A stretch of 64,000 nucleotides of DNA, taken from positions 1,426,001 through 1,490,000 of the forward strand of contig JANJGN010000031.1 of the NCBI GenBank assembly GCA_026770705.1. Direction: 5' to 3'. Of the stretch, positions 1 to 13,322 are shown piece after piece. Numbering within the stretch: the first letter of the stretch is position 1; every line of letters begins with the position of its first letter. Origin of the DNA: Isurus oxyrinchus (taxonomy: Eukaryota). Both the position numbers and the translations under genes were made by a program. Under the pieces are notes generated by a model. The model did not search any database, was not told the origin of the DNA, and was given only the letters and a program-made list of their open reading frames with translations.

Positions 1-969
1 GCATCCTGGTGAATCTCCTCTGCACCCCCTCCAGTGCAATCACATCCTTCCTATAATGTGGTGACCAGAACTGCACACAGTACTCCAGCTGTGGCCTCAC
101 CAAGGTTCTATACAATTCCAACATGATCTCCCTACTTTTGTAATCTATGCCTCGATTGATAAAGGCAAGTGTCCCATGTGCCTTTTTCACCAGCCCACTA
201 ACATGCCCCTATGCCTTCAGAGATCTATGGACACACACGCCAAGTTCCCTTTGTTCCTCAGAACTTCCTAGTGCCACGCCATTCGTTGAATACTTCCTTA
301 TCAAATTACTCCTTCCAAAGTGTATCACCTCACGCTTTTCAGGGTTAAATTCCACCTGCCACTTATCTGCCCATTTGACCATTCTGTCTATATCTTCCTG
401 TAGCCCAAGACACCAAACCTCACTGTTAACCACCAGCGCAATCCTTGTGTCATCCACAAACTTACTAATCCTACTCTCCACATAGTCATCCATGTCATTT
501 ATATGAATTACAAATAATAGGGGACCGAACACAGATCCCTGTGGTACACTACTGGACACTGAATTCCAGTCACTAAAGCATCCTTTTGTCACCACCCTCT
601 GTCTCCTAAAACTAAGCCAATTTTGAATCCACCTTATCAAATTATCCGGTATCCCATGTGCATTTGCTTTCTCAATAAGACTCCCATGTGGGACCTTGTC
701 AAATGCTTTGCTGAAATCCATATAAACTGTATCAACTGCACTACCCTCTACACACCTGGTCACCTCCTCAAAAAATTCAACCAAATTTGTTAGGTATGAC
801 CTCCCTCTGACAAAGCAATGCTGACCATCCCTGGTCAAACCTTGCGTCTCCGAGAGAAGATAGATTCTCTCCTTCAGATTTTTCTCCAATAGTTTCCCTA
901 CCACTGATGGGAGTCTCAGTGGCCTGTCGTTCCCTGGCTTATCTCTACAACCCTTCTTAAATAGCGGAA
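1..969 (-). mobile_element. CR1 LINE RT fragment
   Basis: VYMDFSKAFDKVPH, SVPQGSVFGPLLF, ISKFVDD. Confidence 0.92.
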
Positions 970-1612
970 CATCCAGTCGTGAATGGTAATGGGCAATTAA
1001 ACAACTCGCTGAAGGAGGAAGTTCCACAAATATTTCCATCCTCACTGATGGAAGAGCCCGCACATCAGTGCAAAAGATAAGGCTAAAGCATTTGCAAGAC
1101 TCTTCAGCCAAAAGTGCCGAGTAGGTTATGGATCTCGGCCTCCTCCAGAAGTCCCCTGCATCACAGATGCCAGTCATTAGCCAGTTCGATTCACTCTAAG
1201 TGATGTCAAGAAACGGTTCCATTACTCCCTCCACCACCGACGCACAGTGGCAGCAATGTGCACCATCCACAAGATGCACCGGAGGAACTCACCAAGTGTC
1301 CTTAGGCAGCACCTTCAAACCCATGACTGCTACCATCCAGAAGGACAACGGCAGCAGACACTTGGGAACACCGCCACCTGGAGGTTCCCCTCCAAGACAC
1401 TCACCATCCTGATTTGGGAATATATCGCTGTCCCTTCACTGTTGCTTGGTCAAAATCGTGAACACCCTCCCTAACAACACTGTGGGTGTATCTACACCAC
1501 ATGGATTGTACCTGTTTTATAAGGCAGCTCAACACCACTTCCTCAAGCGCAATTAGCGATAGGCAATAAATGCTGGCCGAGTCACCGACCCCTGCATCCC
1601 ATGAATGAAATA
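970..1612 (+). mobile_element. LINE (L2/CR1 group) fragment with internal deletion and 3' tail
   Basis: Degenerate ORF2 pieces; tail gcaataaatgctggcc..catcccatgaatgaa is shared with SINEs in the window. Confidence 0.7.
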
Positions 1613-3139
1613 AACAAGAAATCCAGTCGCGAATTCAGAAATAAAACATTTTGTGACTTGAGATTGGCAATAATCTGGCACTCTTGGGTATCGAGAGTGG
1701 ATGAAGCGAGCAGTCGAGATGAATCTAAGGGCAGGAGAGACAGGTTTATAAGGGAGATGGGAATGGGGGTAGGATGGTAGATTTAGACGTGGAAACGTTG
1801 GAGGAGGCCCGGTTGAGGTATAATCGCAGGCATGGTTTGATTGGGCCGAACGGTCAGTTTCTGTGTCGTACATCCCATCCAATCCTATGATTCGCAGTAT
1901 GCTTAGAGGGAAAAGAAAAAACAGGGGAATGGCACAAAGTCATGAAACTCATTTGGAGAGCCGGTGCGTACACGACGGGCCGAATGGTCTCCTTCTGCGC
2001 CGTACCAATTCTGTGATTGATTCTGTGAAAGGAGATGGATTTAATTAGAACCATCCCAATCTGTGTGGACTGAATGAGCCGTGGGGGAGCTCTGAGTTGT
2101 TTGCGGTTTGAGTACAACGGGTCAAACCCTGGAGGTTGAGACGACCACATTATTGTGATTCTTTATTAGGTTGTGCGTCATTTTTTGACAGACAGCTGGT
2201 GTTTTCACGCGCCGTGCGTCATTGCATGCCCAGAAGTGGACGGTGGTGTGTTAGGGGTGTGTACTGGAGAGCTCCAGACTAAATTAGGCATTGCTGGATG
2301 TTTGGACTTTAAAGCGATTCCGCCGTGTAATTAGAAAAGTGGCCGGTCACGGCGGAATAGAATAGAGAGACGAGTTCACCCTTTGCCCTTTATCAGTAGA
2401 AGAACAGTTCTGGATAGTTAGTTCCTCAGTCCAAATCTCGTCACAGCCTAATTCCTGATGTGCACAAACGCAGTCGCCAGAGACTGGTGAGATATCGAAG
2501 CGGACAATTCTGTCTAAACAAGGAAGCAATAAAATTGGTTTTCATTTCATAGAATTAAACAGTGTGGAAGAAAGCATTTGGTCATTAAGGCCTGGGAAGG
2601 CTCTCTAGAAAATGACACGATTCAATTATTGTTCCTTTACTAGTTTCCTCTAACCTGTGTCTTCTGGTACCCGCCGTCCTCCCAATGTGAACAGGTTCTC
2701 CTCATTTATTGTATGGAAATCCCTCATAATATTCTATTTAAATCTCCATTAATCTTTCCTGTTCCAAGGAGTACAGCAACTTCTGTCATAAAACTCGAGT
2801 CCTCAAGACCTGGCCGCATTCTCTTAGATTTCTTCTGCACCATCTCCGAGGCCTCCACATCCTATCCAAAATCTGATGCAGAGAGGTGGAAGGACTACAC
2901 CATCCGAGGCAAAAGCAGGGTTTGATGAGGATTTCGCGTAACTTCATTGGTTTGGTACTCTGGAATATTCCGGGGATTAATCCTGCCAAACCACAATCGA
3001 TGGATTCATTGATTCACCAAAGCAAAGGACATGATTAATATGACGCTCCACGTAACCGTGTTCTTGGGAAAGTGTTCCTTGCTGCATCGCAGCGTGTTCC
3101 TATTTTTGAATTGTTTTGTTCCCTCAACATGTGTCAGTC

Positions 3140-3500
3140 ATAACTCAGCTGGTAGCATTCTCATTCACAAAGCTGCAGGTTCGAGTCCCATGACAGAGAA
3201 TTGAGCAAATTACGCAGGACATGGCTGCTCGTGTCAGCACTGGGGGAATGCTCCACTGTCGATGATCCCTTGTTTCGGACGAAACGGAAACAGGGACCTC
3301 TCAGATCGACGCATATCATTTTAAGGGCACTATTGGAAAGAATGGGCCTAGATTTCCCCCTAGTTCTCTGGGCCAATACTAATTGCTGAAACAGGTGAAG
3401 TAACCGTGCATCATATTTCTGTTTGTGAGAGCTTTCTGTGCGAAACCTGACTGTTGCAAGGCTTTCTACATTACAACAGTGACCATATTTTAACACTTCT
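3140..3500 (+). mobile_element. Old tRNA-derived Deu-type SINE
   Basis: B box GGTTCGAGTCC, Deu-like central domain, tail ctacattacaacagtgac. Confidence 0.6.
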
Positions 3501-5059
3501 TAAGTTTTTGGATTCACCCAGGTCTTTACCTGTGTTAAATAACCTGACTTCTTCCTTTCCTTCATTGTTCTGTTACATTCGGTGGCGAAGGCAGACCGAC
3601 TTACAGTAAGAAAGTAAGAAAATGCTGGGAAAACGCAATAGCTCTGGCAGCATCTGTGGAGAGAGAAACACAGTTAATGTTTCAAATCCAATATGACTCT
3701 TCTTCGGATTTAGGGTGACACCTTCGATAATGTAACACTCCTTCAGTGCTACCCACCGACAGTGCGGCACTGCCTCAGCATTGGCAGTTAAGCGTCAGCT
3801 TAGATGATTGTATCAATTCTACGTCAGATTTAGAAAGTTGTAGGTTCGAATCATTGAGGCAATACTGATACTGTGCAAAGGACGATGCGTCGTACTGCTC
3901 ATTTAACCCTGTCATGCTTCAGTTCCACCCCCTACCACACCCACACCCCCCCACCCCCCAACCAGGTTCCAGCTAACAGTGTTGATTTAAAAACGCAGCA
4001 AGCACCGTGACGAATGGCCTCATTCTGTGCTCTGTCAATTCTGTGACTCTGTGAAGAGTTTGCCATGTACAAAACATGGTCAAGGTTCGCATGACACTAT
4101 TGGTCCCAACTTGTGGTAAAAATGAACAAAGATATTCCCCTGGCGTGAGGATAGAGCTGATGTTCCATTGCGTGCTTTCGCCTGTATGTGGTGCAATAGT
4201 AATAACAAGGATTTAGAAGGTGTCCAAAACAAATGCATTGATCAGGTTCTAGTAGATCATAAATTATTTGGAGAGACTGGAGCAGTTGGGGTTGGTCTGC
4301 ACAATGCAGGGGCGCTTAATTGGAGATTAAATGCAACCTAAAGGTAGAATCTGATTTAATATTTTATATTGACAAATGTGTAATTTTTTTATTTGTTAAC
4401 TCTGCAGGTGCCTGCTGAACTGTTGGTCTATTTTTAAAGTTTGATCGAACATGATGAGATTTTTATGCATCTGATCCTCGAATTGAGCAAAATATTACTG
4501 TCAAGAAACAAAAAAATGTTTATATATTAATGCAATATCAATAAATATTTTGCGTTTTCTTGTAAGGTGACTGAAATTCTGTTGCACCAGGTCTTGCACG
4601 TTTGCACTTTGTTACTGTTGATTTAATACTCTAAAAGAACGAAAGGGTTTCAGACCGTAGATGAGGAGAAAATGCTCCCAGTGGTAGAAGATGGATAACC
4701 AGGGAAGATCGATTTACAGTGATTGGGAATAGAATGAGTGAGAGAGAAGAGGGAATGTTTTACTTAAGCAGTCAGTTTTTATGATCTTCAAGTCATTGGC
4801 TGAACGGGTGCATGGAACGGGTTCAAAAAATGTTCAAAATGAAATGGAGTGCATGTGAAAAGAAACAATTAACAAGGCTTTGGTGGTGGAGGGTGTGATT
4901 AATTGGATAGTAATGGCAAACTGCTGGACAAAAAATTCTTCTGTGCTGTGTTATTTTGCGATTTCACGAGCAGTTGGCTAGAAAAGATGCACTAAACTGT
5001 CACTACAGCCAACTGGCGGCGGTAAAGGAGCATCCATGGGAGCCCATTCACCCCACGCA

Positions 5060-5098
5060 GGTTTTTGTAGCTGCAATCCATCTTTCTCAAATGCTGTG
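5060..5098 (-). other. 23-RSS of V1
   Basis: CACAGCA - 23 nt - ACAAAAACC. Confidence 0.93.
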
Positions 5099-6033
5099 CG
5101 ATACTACAGGTACAGAAGTAGACAGCGGTGTGAGATGGAGAGGTGTCTCTCAGCTTCAATGGAAACAGCGCATTGCTGATTCTCTCGGCCTTAAACGACT
5201 CAAGTGTGTAATTCATAACAATCCCTTCTCCAGCAGAACTGATTAGAGCTTCTAATGTCCGATCTGGTTGTTGCCTGTACCAAAACATATTGGGATAGCT
5301 AATGTTCGTCAGTTTGCATCTCAATGTCGTCGATTCTCCTGCTGCAGTCGAGAAAACAGAAGGCGACTGTTCCACGTAAGAAGCGAATATTCCTGTTGAA
5401 TGGAAATTCGATTAGATTTTTATATCTGTCAATAATCGATTAGAGCAGCGTTACATTGCAAGAAAAAAAGAGCTTACAGTGCGTGTTGCTACAGCAGGAC
5501 GTTACAAACGCTTACGATGAAGTATTTTTATAGTGCATTCACTGCTGTAATGGGGCAAATACCGCGGCGAATTTGTGCAGCGCAGAGTCCAACAAACAGC
5601 AATGTAATAATGACAAGTTCATATGGGTTTATGAAGAGGTATAAGTTTAAAGGTTCGCACAGGACACAGGGAAGATCTCCCTGCTGATCTTCTGTGGGAT
5701 TACTTAAGTCACCTGTAGAGGCAGTGAGATTTAAATAGGGCCCCTGCAACAGGGCATCGCTCTCTCAGGACTACCTCAGTAATTGAGCAGCGATTCTTTC
5801 GTACTGCCCCTCCGACTGTTCAGCACTTCCTCACGAGTGGCACCTGGAGTGTCAGCATTGATTTTGAGCTGTTATCTGGAGTAAGACTCGAACCTATGAC
5901 CTTCCACTCAGATGCAAAACTGTTACCAACTGAACGAAAGCTGATATTCACATGCATTATTCTATTATTTGTACGCATTTGACTTACTTCGGAACAGTGT
6001 AGCCATAAATACGGACTGAACGCTATGGAGCAT
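5099..6033 (-). CDS. TRBV: TCR beta-type V gene V1 (CTCS end), potentially functional; leader exon 5988-6033, V exon 5099-5392
   Basis: V exon reads IFASYVEQSPSVFSTAAGESTTLRC..MFWYRQQP..HTAVYFCTCS with Cys23, Trp41 and Cys104. Acceptor caacag|GA is phase 1. Leader MLHSVQSVFMATLFR ends at a phase-1 GTAAGT donor. A 23-RSS follows. Confidence 0.85.
5470..5945 (-). mobile_element. Old Deu-type SINE in the V1 intron
   Basis: Reverse-complement similarity to 3140-3500; B box GGTTCGAGTC at ~5885-5894. Confidence 0.6.
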
Positions 6034-7744
6034 GTTTGATTGATTCGACACTAGCTCGACGTGGGGACGGAGAATAACGCAATATCACCTTTGGGGCGGT
6101 GTTTTTGTTAAATCTGATTCAATGCGGAGCATCCTGTTGTCATCACAATGTGTACGTAACCACGTGAAACCCACTCACCATCGCAATACAGTCGGCTAGG
6201 GAGGAATTTAATAGAGCTGTTCCAGTTTTAGAAAGGGGATTGATTGAGTTAATAAGAGTTCAGTCTTCTAGCGGGTTATTGGTGAAAAGGAACCATTGAT
6301 ATAAGATAATAGACACAAATTCTATATGGTAAGCGACGAGGCTTTATAGGTAATGAGGTGCACTGCCTGGAAATGTCGAATGTGCAGAGTCAATAGTAAC
6401 TTTCAAAACAAAATTGGGTAAATACTTGAAAAAGAAAATGCAGGCCCATGGGGAAGGAACAAGTATAGATAGAGAGAGAGAGAGATTGTATGGGGGAGAG
6501 AAAAACTAGGAGTCATATAAAATATGTAGTCGCTAATAAATCCAGAGAGGAATCCAGGAAAATCACCTGTAGCTGGAGAATTGTGGACACACGATGATTG
6601 AAGTAAATAGCTTTAAAAAGGAAGCAAGATGAGGGCGTTAGGGAAGAAGGAATACCAGGATGTGCTGAGGGAGTGAAATGAAGTTGGGTGTCAGGGGGTG
6701 CGATGACGACTAATTGGCACCTCTTTCAAAAGCTAGCACAGGACAGAAGAGCCGATGTACGATTCAGTGTTTCCATAAAGAACGTAAAATTGTTGGGTTA
6801 AAATGCTCTCTTGTTTCAGACAGGGAAACTGACAATTCCGGATTTTTTTAATCACTCGCAGCATGTGGACTGCGGGGGCGCTGCACTGTCACAGGGGCAG
6901 TCCTGAGCGAGTGCTTCACTCTCAGGCGTGTCCTAATTTGGTTGCTATGTTAAAACGACTATTCTCTTAGCTGTACGGAAATGATCCCATCGTCCTACTT
7001 GTGTGCCTACTCCCATCCTTAGTTGTCCTTGAGAAGGTGGTGAAGTGCCACCTTGATTACAGCTGAGTGGTTTTGTAGGCCATTTCAAAGGGGATTTAAT
7101 AATTAACGGCATTGCTATGAGTCTGGGCTCACATATGAGTCAGTCAAAATGATAGATGCAAATTTCCTTCCCTCAATGAGATCAGTGAACCAGATGGGTT
7201 TTTAAGGCAGCCTGGTAGTTTGATGCTAATGATTCGTGATAGCAGCTTTGCATTTCAATTTTTTATATATTTAATTTTATTTAAATCACATTGCTGCCCC
7301 GGTTGGATCTGAGCTCAGGTCTCGGGATAATTGGTCGAAGCCTCTGGATTCCTCACCCAGTAAGATAACCATGATGCTATCGTACACTTTGCTAAACGAT
7401 AGTGAAAGGGTTAAATTTATTCACTGGTCTGAACTCTTGTTTTGTTTTAAACCATGTTAAAAAACAACATCTTCAGTAGCGCGTTAACGATTTACAATAG
7501 ATTCTGAAACTGCCATAACGAGGCGGGTGTATCAGAGATTAACTATGCACAGAGGCGACTTGACTTTGAGTGTGAAATATCACTAAGACAGTTAAACCTT
7601 CAAAGTTGTAATATTTCCCTTATATCTGCTTTGGGCGCCATGCCACTGCATACGTTAGAGGGAGATTAACCAGAATGGTATCAGGGTTGAAGGGATTCAC
7701 TTATGCAAAGAGACTGGAGAGGCTGCCATTGTTCTCATTTCTTT

Positions 7745-8372
7745 TTTCATTCAGGGATGTGGGCTTCGCTGGCTGGGCCAGCATGTATTGCCCATCCTAG
7801 AGGCTTTTGAGAAGGTGTTGGTGAGCTGCCTGCTTGAACTGCTGCAGCCAAGTGGTGTAGATACATCCACAGTGCTGTTAGGCAGGAGGTTCCATTATTG
7901 GCCAATGGAGGAGCGTGGATATAGTTCCAAGTCAGACTGGGATGTGATTTGGAGGGGAATTTGCAGGTGCTGCTGCTAACATGGGTGCGCTGTCTTTTGC
8001 ATTCACGGTGGTAGATATCGTGGATTTGGAAGGTGCTGTCCAGGAGACTGGGTGAATTGCTTGTAGATAGTACACATTACTGCAACTGTGCGTCGGTGGT
8101 GGAGGGAGTAAATATTTGTGGCAGAGATGCCAGTCAAGCGGCTGCTTTGCCTGGGATGGAGTCAAGCTCCTTAAGTGTTGTGGGAGCTGCACTCATCCAG
8201 GCATGTGGAGAGTATTCCACAACACTTGAACCTTGGGCCTTGTAGATTGTGGACAAGTTTTGGGAAGTCAGGAGCTGATTTACTCGCTGCAGAATTCCCA
8301 GCTTCTGACCTGCTCTTGTAGGCACAATATATATATGGCTGGCCCAGTTCGGTTTCTGATCAATGGTAACTG
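7745..8372 (-). mobile_element. LINE 3' fragment (same family as 970-1612, 15530-16116 and 37160-37790)
   Basis: LSTIYKAQ..VEYSPHAWMSAAPTTLKELDSI. Confidence 0.8.
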
Positions 8373-10228
8373 ATGTAATCATATTTACCTCCCAATATCG
8401 TTTGGTTAAAATATAGAGAACATATTCAAAAGATGGAAATTCAACGTTTGCTACCATAGATTCTAATTCATTCATAAAAAATCATAATCACCTAATAATA
8501 GATTAATAGCTAAATAGGGCAAGTTAGGTAGGCGGAGAGAAAGGGATAGAGACTCAGATAGAGAGATAATAGATGGAAAATAGACAGATGGGCAGGTGGA
8601 TAGAGAGATAGAGATGGATAGAACAGATGACCAATAGACAGATAGAGATCTAACTCAAGAGGTCGTCGTTTATGTGCCATGCCGAATGGCATAGGCGACC
8701 ATTGAGTTCGAAACTTTAGGATCATAGCAAGTGGGTGACCTTGTAGTTAAAATGCGAGATAAGACAGCCTTTAATATTGTTCAGCTGCTTCCTTCTCTGT
8801 CGCCATTTTGATCTTATGCTATTAACCCTTCTTGTGGTGATAAGGCACTCCAACAGTCCTGCATGGATAACACGCCTGAAGAACTCAATATGTATGTTTT
8901 GATGTTATTTAAGAGTTCGCTTGTTCTTCCGGCCATTCAGCATTTCTACCTTGTTTCTCCACCTAGCTTACCCTTGGAATCCTTCTTAAGCACCACATTT
9001 CGAAGCTGATCATTTATTTTTTCTCCTGTTTCCCAATGAGATGCGGAGAGGCAGATAGATAAACAGGGATATAGATAGATAATGAAAGGACGAGGGCTGA
9101 ATAAAAAGTCAGGCAGATAGATAGAGATAGAGTGGATAGACGGTAGGTCGATAGATGTATGGACAGATCATTCGGTGGAAAGATCGAAGGCGAAGTAGAT
9201 AAATAAACGGAGAGATATAAATATAATGCTTGGGCCGACGAATTGGTTTCTCTCCTACCGGTACCACTGGCACCCGTCTCCACCTCTCCATTTCTGGGGC
9301 AAGTCGAGTTTCACCCCTCAAAATAGTGCCCATTTGATTGTCCTGTGTATTGCCTGTCGATGTATTCTGCCCGCATTATGCCAGCTGTCTCACAGATAAG
9401 TTCACCAGAGGGCATGGCTCAAGCTCACCGATTTCCAATGGTGGAGGTCTGCCGCTTTAGACCACCGTTTATTACTGAGTTCCTGCCTCCCAGACTGACG
9501 GGGGATGTTTTAGCAGCAAGTCTTCTTGACGAAGTGGCACCCTGGCTAGCGAGATATTACACAGCCGAGCCACTGGGCTGCTGTTGAGACCGATTAGGCG
9601 CAGTAATACACAGCCAAACCACTGGGCTGCACTTGGGACAGGTTAGGGTAAGAATCGTTCATTACCATGGCGGCAGACATCCGGCCTGCGAAACTCTCGG
9701 AGATTTCCGGCGTCTCCGCTAAGCAAGGATGAAGACTCAGGACCAGTTTTGGATTTGTGCACGAACTTTGAGTGCCAATTATGTCGCAATCACCGACCTC
9801 GTGATGCTACCGGCAATAAACATATGTCTTTGGATAACTGCTTCCGTCAGTTCTTTTGTAATAGACACGCAATGTTAATGGAGATTTTCTTATTTGGCAT
9901 CGGCTTGATAGATAGAGGAAGAGGGATATATAGAGAGAAAGTGAGAGTTAGTGAGTGAGAGCTGGACAGGTGGAGAGAGGGTGTGAGAGGGAGCAAGGAA
10001 ATAAGTGAGAGACGTAGATGTGGAGGGAGACGCTACGGCCAACTGAGCGGAGAGCGGAAAGGGAACAAAGTAGTGGGAGCGCGTGGGAGATAGTGAGAGA
10101 GTGAGGGAGAAGATAGGGCGAGAGAGATAGGGGATAGAAAAGAAGAAACACAGAGCAAAAAAGTGGTGTGTCTGTCTATATATCTTCCCATTGACGTCAC
10201 TAGCTAGCAATCTACCTACCTACATATT

Positions 10229-10275
10229 TCTCTCTCTCTCTCTCTCTTTATGTATATATATATATATATATATAA
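10229..10275. repeat. (TC)n/(TA)n microsatellite
   Basis: Seen directly in the sequence. Confidence 0.85.
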
Positions 10276-10435
10276 ATACCTATATATAGCAGTCTATCTA
10301 TTTATCAATGTCTCTGCTTCTCTCTCTTTCCCTGTCTCTCTCTGCCTCTTCCTCCCTGTCTGTCCCTCTCTGTCTGTCCAGCGGTCATTAATCTATAACT
10401 AGACTTTTTTAGGCGGCAGTGCCTGAGACGGGGCG

Positions 10436-10474
10436 GTGTGTTGTAACACGGCCTGGCCAGAGAGTTTCACTGTG
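10436..10474 (-). other. 23-RSS of V2, degenerate nonamer
   Basis: CACAGTG - 23 nt - ACAACACAC. Confidence 0.8.
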
Positions 10475-10774
10475 CATCACTGGACGCACAGAAATACCGA
10501 GCCGCGTCGCTCAGCTGCACTGTACCTATATTCAGATCGAAGGAGACGCCTGCAGTCTTCTTGGCCGTGAACCTCTCGGTGATCCCATCCGACCTTGTTG
10601 GGTCATTTTCCTGCAGAGCGTACAAGAGATCCTGGAACCCGTGGCCCGGGAACTGACGGTACCAGTACATGTAAGCATTAGTCTCGCGTTGGATGCAAGG
10701 GATAGTCACTGTCTCGCCCTTTGCCACTGATATATATTGCCGGGGCAGTACAAGCTCCTAAGAATCGCCAAGTC
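10475..10774 (-). CDS. TRBV: TCR beta-type V exon V2 (CASS end); functionality uncertain
   Basis: VAKGETVTIPC..MYWYRQFPG..ERF..SDAARYFCASSD. An in-frame TAG at 10758-10760 is included if the phase-1 acceptor at 10774 is used. The leader is not resolved (candidate 11683-11734, MIKFVTFLLVNPAFANY). Confidence 0.82.
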
Positions 10775-12049
10775 CTCAAAACAAAACAAAGATAAAATAG
10801 AAAAGGCATTTGATTTTCAGGAACTAACATTTCACTTCCTTTCACATTCTTACATTCGAACACAGAAGGACTATATCCTGCAATTAACAGAGGCGATTAG
10901 AATAGTGGATAGAGTTTTTATAGAGAAACCGTTGCCTCTTCATGGGTCATGTCATGTAGCACGTCTCCATGCTAAAAAATTCAGGTTAGGAGTCAGTCCA
11001 AAAATGAAACTGATAGACTTTGAGGGCTTTAGGCATACGGAGCCAAGCGGGTAACTGGAGCAAAGATTCAGATCAGTCATGATCAAATTGGATGGTGTAA
11101 AAGGCTCTTGGGGCTGAATGGCCTCGTTCCTACTTCCTATATCCTGGGATATCCTGTTTCAGTCGATTTGTGAAAATGGGCTAACAATTGATCTCGTTTA
11201 GATCTAACTGGCTTGGTAGTGTTAGCATTATAATAGGGATTGATGCGGGAAATATATCTCGCTGGCTCAAAATGTATGGGAACAACCTGCAACTATCTAT
11301 CACATTTTACGTCTTAGCTTTGTCATTGACTAGGTACAGTGTCTTTGTTTAAGATGCTTATTCTCTTTCCATTATTATCATCATCATATCTCTCTCTCTC
11401 TCTTCTATTATCTTTCTCCCTTTCATCCTGCGTCATTCCCTTTCTTCCTGTGCTTCTTTGATTTCAGCCTTTCTCTCTCTAGCTATGGAACATTTGTTCT
11501 GTGGATATCTAACACGCTCCGACTTCAACCCCTCGTGAGATCGACCCCCCGCTTTACTTGCCCGCCAGTAGTAACTCTAGCGAAATGCAGATGAAGACCC
11601 AAGTCCACATGGTACACTGCAGAGGCTCGGAGAGCCGGGCGCATAAGGTCAATTAGTTGCCCAGAGACTGGAGGTGTTACACTGTAGTTTGCAAAAGCGG
11701 GATTGACGAGTAGAAAAGTAACAAACTTTATCATTCATTAAAAAATCAACACGGGGCACACTATGTCCGTCCACCCGCTTTCTGGTTGACATCCTAGACG
11801 TCTTTCTCTGAGGAACAGCCTCGCACAACTTCTGAGCCCCGCCCCCTTCCCTTATTGACAGTCCCGCCTTCGCACTGATTCATTGACAGGCCAGGCCTCC
11901 TTTCCCATTCGAACACCTTCCTTTGTCTGTTCTTGTTCCGCTCCTCCATCTGGGAGTCATAGCTGCACTCACCTCCGCCACACCTACCCGCTATTGAGAA
12001 AGGATATTAAAGGAGATAGAAACAAAGCGGAAAAAAAACAATCGACGTA

Positions 12050-12700
12050 CGGATCAGCCAGGATCTAGATGAGGCTGAATTACCTCCTCCTTTGCTTATG
12101 TACGTAGCTAAAGAGGCTGAATGGCCTTGTCCTGTTCTTGTGTAATAGGTTGGAGGGGCTGAATGGCCTCCTTCTGTTCCCGTGTAACAGAATGGAGAGA
12201 GCCGAATGGCCTCCGAAAATTTCAATGCAACATGCTACTGAGTTTCTATTGTTTCCTTCCGTTCCTGTGTAACAGGCTGGAGATGGGCTGAAGGGCCTCC
12301 TCCTGCTCCCGTGCAATAAACACAGAAGATCTGAATGGTATTCTCATGTTCCTATGTAACAGGATCGACATTGGCTGAATGGGGCTCCTGTTATCCCTGT
12401 GTAACAAGTTTTAGGAGCTGAATAGTTGCTGTATAATAGGCTCGAGGGTGGATGAATAGCCTCCTCATGTTCCTGTGTAACATGGTAGAGATGGACTGAT
12501 TGGGATTCCTCTTGTTCTCGTGTAACAGTCATCGTGGGGGCTGAATTAGCCTCCTCCTGTTCCTATGTAACAACCTCGAGAGGGCTGAAAGACGTCCTCC
12601 TGCCCGTGTGTGACATGCTCGAGATGGGCTGAATGGGCTCCTCCTATTCCTGGGTAACAGTCTCAAGGGCAGAATAACCCCTTCCTGCCCTTGTGTTCTG
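12050..12700 (+). repeat. ~40-bp minisatellite derived from the CR1 3' tail
   Basis: About 15 degenerate copies of gggctgaatggcctcctcctgttcctgtgtaacaggctcga; shorter arrays at ~26700-26940, ~45660-45800 and ~48790-48985. Confidence 0.85.
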
Positions 12701-13202
12701 ACTAAACCATCTTACAAAAGCTGTTATACGTCATTGTCCAAGGGCAGCCACTGCTGCCCCTGTGGACAAAGCAAACATAACGTCAGTGCGTCAAGAGCCG
12801 AGAGTTTTCTTTCTTTCTCTTTTCTTCCCTCTCTTTCTTTGTCTTTTGACATCGCACATTGATTTGTTTGCTTTTAGTTTTGTTTTCTTTTGGCATTTCC
12901 TTTCTACGTCGACCCCATCCAACCCTACCATTATTGTAAAGACCTCTAAGAAGCCTCCCTCAGCCTTATCTTTTATAAGTAAGGAATCCAAGTCTGTTTA
13001 GCCTTCCGGATAGAGATAGCAACTCACTTCAGATGTAACCCTTGTAAATTCTCTTTTACCAGTCACACAGTACCTAATCCTCAATTTTCCATTCAATTTC
13101 CACCCCTATTCTCGTCAAAGCACATTCGCTCTGCGAAATATACCCCAATAGGATGGCGCACCGCCTGGCTTTATTTCACACAGCTGTTTCCTGCTGCCTG
13201 TG

Positions 13203-13240
13203 GGTTTTTGTTGAGTGCTCCATCTCTCTGAGTCACTGTG
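13203..13240 (-). other. RSS of V3 with 22-nt spacer
   Basis: CACAGTG - 22 nt (1-nt deletion relative to paralogs) - ACAAAAACC. Confidence 0.88.
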
Positions 13241-13322
13241 AAAACTCCAGGCGCAGTAATACACGGCCGAGTGATCCGCCCGCAGGCTGCAGGACTCCAG
13301 CTTGAACTCGTATTCACTCGGG
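13241..13322 (-). pseudogene. TRBV: V3: 5'-truncated CAWS-family V (FR3 only)
   Basis: SEYEFKLESCSLRADHSAVYYCAWSF followed by an RSS; the 5' part is replaced by a CR1 3' end. Confidence 0.9.

Noticed and set aside
5560-5625. Hydrophobic stretch ELVIITLLFVGLCAA as the V1 leader
   Set aside because: It has no in-frame ATG and lies within a SINE tail; a proper phase-1 leader exists at 5988-6033.
10192-10199. TGACGTCA as the V-beta promoter CRE/decamer
   Set aside because: It lies downstream of V2, ~4 kb from the V1 leader, and is not repeated at other V promoters.
8500-10400. Short ORFs in GATA/GA-rich sequence
   Set aside because: These are low-complexity simple repeats with no protein motifs; 9220-9720 may be an old transposon remnant but could not be supported.
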